A stretch of 63,650 nucleotides of DNA, filler included, from Asterionella formosa (Eukaryota), in NCBI GenBank assembly GCA_002256025.1. It is 14 parts of 14 records of this genome, joined end to end, with 100 filler letters (N's around TTAATTAATTAA, not from the genome) between each part and the next. Parts side by side here need not be neighbours in the genome. Positions count along the whole stretch, not along the records: positions 22,806 to 39,733 come from NKIB01004674.1; 13 more parts are not named here. One strand, 5' to 3'. The translations under genes were made by a program, and so were the position numbers. Under the pieces are notes generated by a model. That model was not told the DNA's origin. It did no database searches and saw only the letters and a list, made by a program, of their open reading frames with translations. Of the stretch, positions 22,806-32,300 are shown piece after piece (the first letter of the stretch is position 1; each line of letters begins with the position of its first letter).

Positions 22806-23724
22806 CATTTCGACGTGCATGTGTTGATGGGTACTTCCGAAGGCTGTGTGTGCCAATCAAACCATTGTTCATTCGTTTGAACTCACTACTTTCCCATACA
22901 TCATCACGCAGAATTGTATAGGCCTTTCTTTTAGCATTTGATGGATTGTTGGTTTGTAGCGAAAACACCCATGGATTTTCAGGTGATGCGCCTTGTTCCA
23001 TACATTCTGTCTCAAGATGAACAGCCAAGGCAAGGAGAACGCAATAGTCTTGCGACATGGATGCAATGAGTACCTGGTTTGGTGCCTCCCTCTCTTCTTT
23101 AGCGTTTTTTGTCCAACACAGCTTGGCCATCAGAGTGAAAGGAAATCGAAGATTCGCAGTTAGGTTTATTTTTGTTAATTGCACACAATCGTCAATTCGG
23201 CCGACCATGTGGAATTGAAAGACACATAGTGCAGGCAACTGATACCGATGAATACTGTCCTTGAATGAATGAAGGATATGCATTGTACTGGAGAACTCTT
23301 GGGATTCTAGGGGTCGCCTTGCTTGTGATGGTTTCCCTTGTCTGCGCACTTCCTTCTTTTTCACTGCCTTGATGAGATTATTGACAGGCACAGACCTTGT
23401 TGGATTGCCACTGTGCATAATAGCATTCCAAGTGGAGAGTCGATTTGGCATAAAATACGACAATGCCTTTTTGTAGTATTCCAGGGAAGAAGACCGGCCA
23501 TGTGTTGGATTGTCATCATTGTTTGGATCAGGACGGCCATAGACTTTCATAGCCATCCATTTGTAGACATCCTCAGGTGTAACTTCCCCAAGTTCCTCTG
23601 GACTAAACTCGTAGCTTTTAGAATATTCTATGCCATCTCTGTATGACATCATAGCAATTAGGACACTCTTGTAAACAGGGGATTGTGTAGGTTCATTTAC
23701 TCTTCTTGTTGGCATTGTCGCCAT
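22806..23724 (-). mobile_element. Crypton-type tyrosine recombinase (stramenopile CryptonS-like), 3'-truncated by contig end
   Basis: Open 306+ codon frame: YYKKALSYFMP..GNPTRS..VN.LIK.VKK; candidate catalytic R (GRIDD), K (WTKN) and HxxR (GTHSLRK). No RT or other retroelement domain upstream. Confidence 0.8.
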
Positions 23725-23779
23725 GTTGATATTTAGTTTAATTTTTTACTTCAATCCCATTTCATACCATGTTGTATCG

Positions 23780-24113
23780 TGGTAGAATTTCTTGGAAAAT
23801 ACCATGGCATACTGCAGGGTTCCATTGGTCCGTTGGTAGAATATTCTACCAAAATGTGAAAAAAAATTCTACCCCCAGTACTACTGGGTAGAATTTTTGC
23901 CTTTGTCTATACCATATTTTCACCACGGTCAAGCAAGGGAGGGGTACCGGACAGTATTGACCTGTCCAGAGTAGAACACTACCGGAGCCCTGCAGAAAAA
24001 TACTACTTTGGTAGAATTTCGTCAATAATGTCAAGGTACCATCATGTCCCGAGTAGGACAATACCAGGGGTCTACAGAAAAATACAACTTGGGTTGAATT
24101 TTACCAATAACAG
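23780..24113. promoter_or_regulatory. Cluster of GGTAGAAT inverted and direct repeats upstream of the recombinase
   Basis: Perfect 20-bp palindrome TTGGTAGAATATTCTACCAA (23833..23852). 13-bp inverted arms AAAAATTCTACCC / GGGTAGAATTTTT (23862..23898). Two imperfect ~83-bp direct repeats (about 23958..24030 and 24038..24113). Confidence 0.55.
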
Positions 24114-24484
24114 ATATGTACCTGTCATCACATTGCTCTGCTTTTGGTACCAGGTACCAGTTACCAGGTACAACAATACCGGTAACCTCGTGCGGTCGCA
24201 TCATAATACGACGTTACCAAGCAGTGGGTACCTGGTACCTGGTACCACTTCTACCAGGTACCAGTACTGGTACGTACCAGCATCAACAAATGAGAATCCA
24301 AGCCACACTTCGGGTACCCGGTATGCATGTTAATAGCTACATCGTCACAATTAATATATTTTGTATGATCATTGAATAGAAGTCATCATTAAAATTATAT
24401 ACATTTCATCAGCAATCATCGTCAGTAGAGAGACCTTCCTTTCCAACCAGCAAGTGAATTCCACCCCCTTCCTCAACTGTCATC

Positions 24485-26209
24485 ATGGCGAAACCGAAGA
24501 AGATCATCAACGATCCCGCTGATGCTGTCGAAGAATTTGTCCAAGGGTTACTCGTTCAGTTTCCCAACAGATTTGTGAAGCTCCAAAATCACAATGCCCT
24601 GCTCAAATCCAAATTGACTCCACAAGTTCAGCTCTTGTCGGGTGGTGGATCAGGCCATGAGCCTAGCCACGCTGGTTGGATTGGAGACGGGATGTTGAGT
24701 GGAGCCATTCTAGGTGGGATTTTCGCTTCACCGTCCGTTGCTTCCATCCTTGCCACCATTCGAGCTGTCGCCAAGGATGGATCATCGGTCATATTGATTG
24801 TTAAAAATTACACTGGAGACCGCCTAAACTTCGGCATGGCCATTGAAAAGGCTAGTATGGAGGGAATTCACTGTGCCATGGTGGTTGTCGCTGACGATAC
24901 CGCTGTACCTAGGGAAAAGGGCATTACCGGTGCTCGCGGAGTGGCTGGCACAGTCTTGGTGCACAAGATTGCAGGTGCCGCCGCAAAGATGGAAAAGTCG
25001 CTCGAGGAGATATTGGAATTGTCGAAAAATGTTTGCGCTCGTATTGGTACGTTGGGCGTGGCTCTCGATGCCGTGACTGTGCCTGGTGCGTCGGAAATCA
25101 ACAACCGTCTCGACGACCATACCATTGAGATTGGTCTAGGAATTCACGGCGAGGCAGGCATGAGGCAATCTCATTTGCTATCTGCCAAAGCTATGGCCAC
25201 TGAAATGCTTCAAATAATCAAAGCCTATGGTCGAGATATTAATGGATCAATTGTTCCAATGTGGGAGTCGGGAGACGAAGTCTGCCTTTTGGTAAACAAC
25301 CTTGGGGGCACATCGAACTTTGAAATGAGTATCTTGGCGCAATCAGCTGTCAGAGTTTTGGAGACAGATCACGGAGTCAAGGTGACTCGACTACTTGTTG
25401 GATCGTACATGACTAGTTTTGACATGCATGGTGCTTCCTTGACTGTCTTAAACATGGCGGGCGCGCCTTCCTTGTTGGTAGAATGCTTGGATGCTACTAC
25501 GACAGCTCCAGCTTGGGTTGGTTGTGACGTAATGACCGGAGATGTTCGTCGATCAGCTACCGAGTTTCCAGAAATTTTTATCGAAGCAGCGGACGTGAAA
25601 ATCAACTTGCCACCATTGGTCAACTGGAACGATGCGGCGGCTGCTCTGGAGGCAGCGGCGGAAGCACTTGCTGGAGCGGAAGGCCTCTTGACCACATATG
25701 ATACCATTGTTGGTGATGGTGATTGTGGTATTACCATGAAACGTGGGGCTGTGAAAGTTTTGGAAGGGGGAATACCAACGGATCACCCCGTCTTGATGTT
25801 TGCGGCGCTAGCTGAGGCAATCTCAGCATCCATGGGAGGAACCTCTGGTGTCCTGCTCGAGCTCATGTTTCGTAAAATGAGCGCTACGCTATCCCGGTGT
25901 GATCGAATTTCCGAAAAGGAATTGGCCCTTGCCTTTCAAGCAGGCGTCGATGCGATCTCCCTGTACGGGGGTGCCAAGGTCGGAGCTCGAACAATGTTGG
26001 ACGCCCTAGTTCCTGCTGCCTCAAGTCTAGTGGCCAACGGTGACCTTTCTGAAGCTGCGAAGAAGGCTCAAGAAGGGGCCGAATCGACGGCGAAAATGAA
26101 GTCAGCAAGTGCTGGGCGATCCAACTACCTGAATGCAGAAACGTTGGAAGGGACCCCAGATCCGGGAGCAGTTGCTGTTGCTGTTGTTCTCGATGCTTTG
26201 GTCACATAG
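24485..26209 (+). CDS. DAK: Dihydroxyacetone kinase / triokinase-FMN cyclase (DhaK-DhaL fusion)
   Basis: SGGGSGHEPSHAG, KNYTGDRLNFG, GLGIHGEAG, VGDGDCG, MGGTSG, RTMLDAL, AGRSNY, PDPGA. 574 aa. Confidence 0.96.
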   Translation: MAKPKKIINDPADAVEEFVQGLLVQFPNRFVKLQNHNALLKSKLTPQVQLLSGGGSGHEPSHAGWIGDGMLSGAILGGIFASPSVASILATIRAVAKDGSSVILIVKNYTGDRLNFGMAIEKASMEGIHCAMVVVADDTAVPREKGITGARGVAGTVLVHKIAGAAAKMEKSLEEILELSKNVCARIGTLGVALDAVTVPGASEINNRLDDHTIEIGLGIHGEAGMRQSHLLSAKAMATEMLQIIKAYGRDINGSIVPMWESGDEVCLLVNNLGGTSNFEMSILAQSAVRVLETDHGVKVTRLLVGSYMTSFDMHGASLTVLNMAGAPSLLVECLDATTTAPAWVGCDVMTGDVRRSATEFPEIFIEAADVKINLPPLVNWNDAAAALEAAAEALAGAEGLLTTYDTIVGDGDCGITMKRGAVKVLEGGIPTDHPVLMFAALAEAISASMGGTSGVLLELMFRKMSATLSRCDRISEKELALAFQAGVDAISLYGGAKVGARTMLDALVPAASSLVANGDLSEAAKKAQEGAESTAKMKSASAGRSNYLNAETLEGTPDPGAVAVAVVLDALVT

Positions 26210-26836
26210 CAGATTTCGTTGCTTCATAATCATTGTACTCTATTTAATCGATTGCTCCGTCATGTATATATGATACTGGATCAATCAACGTTGTGACATG
26301 TACATTCACTTTTAGTTTTAAGTGAAGAATACTTGATAGAACCAATTTCCATGAACTATACGAGCAATCGTGGCCGCCATCCAACAAGATTCGACCCTTT
26401 TGCTTGCTTCGTCTAGACTCAATCCCGAATCATACTACTGATAAAAAAGTATACTTTAAATTTAGCCTTACATAATAGCAAATAGCATCCGAAAAATCTC
26501 CCAAAATATCACTAAGGAAAAGCTAAGGATTACATTCATCATTTCTCGTAATTATTAAACCTTTTTCCCGTGTTTCAGCACTCACCGTCACCACGTCTGT
26601 TGGGTTGATTACCGGGCATGTTCCAGCAGGCTGAAATCTAAATACATGGCTGGTACTCGGAGTAGCTGGGACATCCGGAAAACGTGCTTGAAACCGTTTA
26701 ACGGCAATAATTTTGGGGGTTAACATTTTATTAGCTATCTAACTACTATGCAGAACTTCAAATATATATAGAGAGTGCGTCGTGCAAGGGCTGGCACGCT
26801 TCCGTGGAGGCTTCGCTTGTGCTCTTGACCCATGCT

Positions 26837-26968
26837 GCTTAGGTTAAAAGTGAATAAGCATTTGATGCTTAAGTTACTAAAAGTAGATAAGCGTTCTTTG
26901 GTTCTTAAGTTAAAAGTAAATAACAAGCGTTTGGTGCTTAAGTTGAAAGTAAATAACAAGCGTTTGGT
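26837..26968. repeat. Minisatellite, four 30-36 bp units (TGCTTAAGTTAAAAGTAAATAACAAGCGTTTGG)
   Basis: Four adjacent imperfect units with no spacers. Confidence 0.85.
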
Positions 26969-27707
26969 ACATATTAGGTACTCGGAGTAACTTATTTCCA
27001 GAGTTACCTGAACGTAGGATTCCTTGTTGACAACTTAGAATGCAGCAAGCACAAACCCAATTATTCTCATCTTCGAGTCAGTATATAGCTATTGCTGAGA
27101 ATGGTGACTTGGCAATGGAAAAAACGATATGATAGTGACGATCACATGATCCAGCTATTATAACAGATAAATATTGAATTATAAATCAATTTTTGTTTGG
27201 GCCTGATCCCTTGTAGGCAATGGAGCATTGTAGAATGGCGCATATGTGCGAATAAGACGCGTTTCAATGCGATGATGAGGCATCGAGATATTGTCTTTGT
27301 TGTTGAGCCCACTTGTGGTGGGTTTCCGATTTTACTGTTTCTGCTATATCTAAACAAACGTAGTAGTAGCTAGCCTACAATTAAAATCGTGTGCTAATCT
27401 CTAGCGACTATTTGATTCTATCTATTTGACTAGTATACAATAAAAAATGAGGGGAAGGTGGCATGATCGTTCTCGTCAAATGATAAGGCCATTTGTTGTA
27501 GTTGTTGCTGACATAATTACATTTTTCATTAAATTTTTGTCATCCTAGCTATATCACAGTCGATGGGTGGCTGACAACGTTTAGGTTTTCTGGGAGAAAA
27601 TTTTACTTCTGAACACCATCATTGCATTAGCTAAACCTCCATCTGGCTACCGATGGGCTGAAAAGACACCCCTTAACCGTAATGTAATGAAGTTCGTTTG
27701 CGGCTTA

Positions 27708-28761
27708 AGGTTCCTGCATTTCAACCCTAGTTTAGAAGTAGGGTTAAAAAAATAATATAGAGTCAGAGTACTCAAACACACACTTCTTATGAGTAAAACA
27801 TAAATGTGTATCGCTAAACGGAGCTTTCACCAGCAATATACACCCTTTCCATATGCTTAGATACAGTCATTGACAAAAGTAGGGGTATAGGTCAACGCTA
27901 TATATCGTCAGGATATAGGATCTGGCGAGAAACTGCAGAAAAGAACTTCGGTTTTTTAACTGTGCTATAAAGACTAGAAATTTCGGGGGAAATCACTTTA
28001 TTTGGCATAGTAAAAAAACCGAAGTTCCTTTCTGCAGTTTCTCGCCAGAAGTTATATACTGATGCTAGTTGAAGGTTACCTATGTATCTAAATCGGCTTC
28101 AGACCCAGCCAACGTTGAGCTATTGTTGTCCAAAAATTCGACAAAATCGGCCTTTTCTACGGTCCCCGAAATATCGGAATCAGAACCACTTAGCGCCGAA
28201 ACGTCATCATTGGAATGGTAGTCTTGTGATGCAATATTTAGTTGTAAAATTTCCAGTACCAAAAATTCCATTGTAAGTGCGCGCAGTATTATATATATAC
28301 TGATTGGCTTTGGTGAAATACTCGCCTCCATTTGTTTTCAAGAGGAATTGCAATCCCACACCGGCCACATTGAATACACATGTAACATTTCTTTGGGTGT
28401 ACCGGTAGGCCGGTACTATATCCATTGCGGGTACCAGTAGATTATCATCATTGGACATCATACGTGTGGTACCTGCTACCACTCGTTGATTGCACTTTCA
28501 AATATTTGCCGAGCCGCCGGGTCCTATATAAGAAAAATAATCGTTGGTACATATACATACAGTCATGAACAATGTATATATATATATTTAGCTATTTCAA
28601 AAAGGAATCTATGTACGTACGCGCAAATTTTCACTGATTTGAATATTTCAAACGGAATCATGTCATTCAAAAATAGCTCCTATAAATTCTTAGTTCAAGG
28701 GAATTTCGGCAACCCTAAGCAATATTTTAATTTTTGCCTTAGGGTTGAAATGCAGGAACCT
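27708..28761. mobile_element. Non-autonomous PIF/Harbinger element, 1054 bp, perfect 22-bp TIRs, TTA target duplication
   Basis: TTA|AGGTTCCTGCATTTCAACCCTA ... TAGGGTTGAAATGCAGGAACCT|TTA. Empty-site homologue at about 15250..15270. A further family end at 39079. Confidence 0.92.
27921..28049. repeat. Hairpin with about 45-bp arms inside the Harbinger element
   Basis: TCTGGCGAGAAACTGCAGAAAAGAACTTCGGTTTTTT pairs with AAAAAACCGAAGTTCCTTTCTGCAGTTTCTCGCCAGA. Confidence 0.9.
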
Positions 28762-29928
28762 TTAGATTAAGCAAGATTGACTTTTGCTGCTCAAGGTTGC
28801 TTCCCCGGCTTAACCCTAGTTAGGAGAAAATATCACTAGGGTTGTAAAAACGGTGTGGAACAGGGAGTTTCCTACTATGAATTCCCATGATTCGAGTGTC
28901 CATCTGAATATTTGAATTAAATAGGAATCGGCGCCAGATTGATAGAGTTCCATTTTAAACAAACAAAAATGATATTTAAACGTTTATGCTAGATCTACAT
29001 TGCTTGATGTAGACATGATTTTGCTCAACGCCAAAAAAAAACCGGTAAATAAATCAAGAGTATGCCAACATGTATGCTCATGGTTCGTGTTTGTACGTTA
29101 TATTGAATCTACGCTGCTGTATGTTGGTCTAATAAAGATCAGCACGGTACCAGGTACCGAAGTTCCAGAGTAACGGTGTACTGGTAGTACATATTCTCGG
29201 TTCATGATGATGGAAGACAGGATGAAACTGGTACCGGTGTACTGGTACTGATTTTACCTGCATGTATGGTACATCAAATACTTGGGGTTCAAGTGTGGCT
29301 GGCGTGATTTTGCAAGACCGGAATACCTCAGCCAATCTGGAGCATGTAAGTAAATTCAATTCAACCAATCAGAATATGTGCAGTGACGTGGCAACGTACC
29401 CTGGAGTCTTTTCGGACTGAGAGTTAAGCAGCAAAACATACCTACGCAAGACTCTAAGTCTACGAGAACGTTTTGCACATACAAATTACGATTCCAATAT
29501 TTTGGCGACTGTTGAAAAAGCCGATCGGGTCGACTCTTTGGAGGAGGATTGCTCTACATCTGCGGGGTTTCATCAAGATTAAACTAGATGAGTCCTGATA
29601 AAAGGTGCTGAAAACACGTCATCATGGAAAAGAGGAATCTATCTGAAAGGAATCTTAGCCTATCACTTGCCCACCTTGATCTTTTTCGATATTTCTTTTG
29701 ATGTATTACACAATATATATTTATCTATTAGAGTTCATATATTACCTTGCCGGCGTTCCATTCCTCGATTTACAGCATACCTAGTTATCTCAAATGCATA
29801 AAAAGTAATTGCTCGATGCTGGACCACTGCCGCATTGCGTTGTTCATCATGATCATGGTTCATCCTCTCATTTTCTCCAATGAAGAAACAAGTGATTCTG
29901 GTAAGGAGGACGCTCAGCAACGGCGCCG

Positions 29929-30590
29929 ATGATCCTCAGTCCAGTCGGGTATGTTGATGTGTCAGATCGCTTGGGTGTGGCATTTGATAGCAAAATTGAC
30001 GTCAAGCATTTTGGCAGTGAGAACAAGACGATTGGAGATTTCATTGGTGATGAGCCTTCACGTAAGATCAGTGAACAGGTGCTTGATGATACCAATAATG
30101 ACAACGGTAGCGATGTTAAGATTGGTGGCGTTACTGTACAGCTGAAAGATCCCAATGGTACAATTATCATGCCAACCATGACTGACTGCAATGGTAACTT
30201 CACGTTGAATGCTGCTTCTCCAGGCATGTACCGGTAAACAATTGTCAAACAGAAACCTCCTGGATTTGTCAATGTTGGCAGCAGCACAATTTCTGTAAAT
30301 ACAAGTTCTGGAAATGTCTTAAACATTTTTTTCGTTGACCAGCACCCCAGCAGTGCTCCAAGTGTGAGTGGCTGGCTGCCTCTCCAGTTACTTTTTGCTT
30401 GGATCAATTTCCAGAAGCATTAAGGAAGATACCGACAACAATGATAGTGAATACACTAACTTGGTGGGTGTGACTGTTACTCTACAGGGTCCAAGTGGTA
30501 CCCGCCCTATTCTATAGAGGACTAGTAGTGTTAGTGACTTTAATGGCAACTTTTTGTTCGTGAATGCCCAATGGCAATTATGTTGTTAAG
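29929..30590 (+). pseudogene. Decayed SdrD-B / Cna-B-like repeat adhesin fragment
   Basis: ISEQVLDDTNNDNGSDVKIGGVTVQLKDPNGTI..TMTDCNGNFTL..PGMY*, and a second repeat ISRSIKEDTDNND..NLVGVTVTLQGPSGT..DFNGNFLF. Stops and frameshifts present. Confidence 0.65.
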
Positions 30591-31055
30591 AAGATCATCA
30601 TCCCAGCATTTGCACCACCACATCTTCCTTGTGACCCAACATGGAGCAGACCACTTCAGAAACATCTACTCCTTCCTTTTTTACGAACATGATAGCATCA
30701 TGATGTCTGTGTTGAATAAACCCGTCACCTTCATTTAAGCTGTTTGTTACCCTTTAGTTCCTCTGTATATCTCAATGCTGTCTGTAGTGAAGGTAAATAT
30801 TTATTTCGAGCAAGTTTACCAGACTTTCCGTTGCATCTTATCTTGATATTCATATCATTGCAGAAAAATTAAAGCAACTTGTTTGATGTTCCAGATATCT
30901 GGCGCTAGCTAGCTACTATTAGCTACGTGTCAGGCTACATAGCACAGTACGAGGAGTCGGATTTGATACTGCGGAAACAAAACTGATACATACAGGCGTT
31001 TCCTCTTATACCGGTATTATAGAATCTACACTATACCGTATACCAGGTACCAGGT

Positions 31056-31223
31056 ACCAGGGGACCACAGTTTGAACCAGCTTACAAAGCGTCGGGCATG
31101 TGTATTGAGACGGGTAGGCGCAGGTGCGAAACTACACTGTACCAGGAACACTGTTTGAACCAGCATACCCGGTATACAGAATCGTGAATGCGTATTGAGA
31201 CGGGCAGGCGCAGGTCCGAACAC
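31056..31223. repeat. Two imperfect tandem copies of about 85 bp
   Basis: GTTTGAACCAGC..GTATTGAGACGGG(T/C)AGGCGCAGGT present twice. Confidence 0.8.
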
Positions 31224-31350
31224 TTGTCTTCGCATTGTCTGATCAAGATTCCGTTCCCTCATGTGCTTCCACCTGGAATCTTTTATTCTACGTGGAAAAT
31301 ATACTAGTGACGTAGATGATGACGTGTTTTCAGCACCTTTTATCAGGATC

Positions 31351-31435
31351 CTATGTATCGTAGATTTTTAGAAAAGCTTCGTAGCCCCTTTTTTTTTGAC
31401 CATTTTTGCTATAGTTCCGAATCTACGATACATAG
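31351..31435. mobile_element. 85-bp miniature inverted-repeat element
   Basis: CTATGTATCGTAGATT ... AATCTACGATACATAG, a perfect 16-bp inverted repeat, directly beside the right 33-bp TIR. Confidence 0.65.
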
Positions 31436-32300
31436 CTGCAGTTTCTTTCCAGAAATTTTTAGGTCCATAACATATCCGAAGATAGAACACACCCCTAAGT
31501 CGACCCATGACTGTATCTAAACATTTGCAAAGTGGTCTTATTGGTGAAAGCTAATTTTCCCTTTAACTATTTTATGTACTTGTACGTAATGTGTGGATTG
31601 AGGTTCATCATAAAATTATTTTGGGAAAAAAGGACCTCGCAATATGCAACTGCGGGGCCGCAACCTTGGTGGGGAGGCCGGCGTGCTTGCATTTTGCCAT
31701 GCCGGTCCCTCCCAAACGACGTTGAAGTACCGGTACCGGTATGTAGTTTTAGTTTTTGCGGCAAATTTTGAAACATGTATCAAAAATTCACTTCGATGTG
31801 TACAAGGACGTTTTCCGTATGTAGCTGGTGCCTGTGCAAGTTGAGGTAAACGAGAAAATTAACTTTATTTACCTGATAGTAAGAACCCCTTTTTCCTGGC
31901 AATACCTAAGGTACCCTGGTACCTGCTACGCTGGTACCCTTCAGTACACGCACGAGGAGATAATTATCAGTGGCTGATACACACAGGTATGTATGTACCC
32001 GTACACCGTTAGGTGCGCTAGGTTTAGACATCATTGTCATTGCATACCGGGATATTTTCTACGAAGTATACAGACAGCACTGGATAATACAGTATTATCA
32101 GGTACGACCGCAGTGAATATGCATACCGGGTAACCTTCATACCGGTATAACTCAACAAAACTACCGTACCGGTATTAGCGACGAGCATTTTCGTCTTGAG
32201 GACAAGCAAGGCGATCCAATTGAAATTGGGAGCTATTATTTTCTGATCGGCAATTATAGTGTATCAATTGTAGACCGTCCACTACTATACACTATACACC

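Larger units (their letters stand above)
29593..31348. mobile_element. Element bounded by perfect 33-bp inverted repeats, carrying a gene fragment
   Basis: TCCTGATAAAAGGTGCTGAAAACACGTCATCAT at 29593..29625 and its exact reverse complement at 31316..31348. No transposase inside; no TSD recognised. Confidence 0.75.

Noticed and set aside
21655..23724. Integrase-mediated transfer of bacterial nuoG into the alga
   Set aside because: The two are separated by the artificial linker and lie on unrelated contigs.
26837..26968. Possible CRISPR array (30-36 bp repeats)
   Set aside because: Units are directly adjacent with no unique spacers, no cas genes are present, and the context is eukaryotic.
29587..29601. 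GATGAGTCCTGATAA resembles an AFLP adapter
   Set aside because: Most of it belongs to the 33-bp inverted repeat mirrored at 31316..31348; the resemblance is coincidental.
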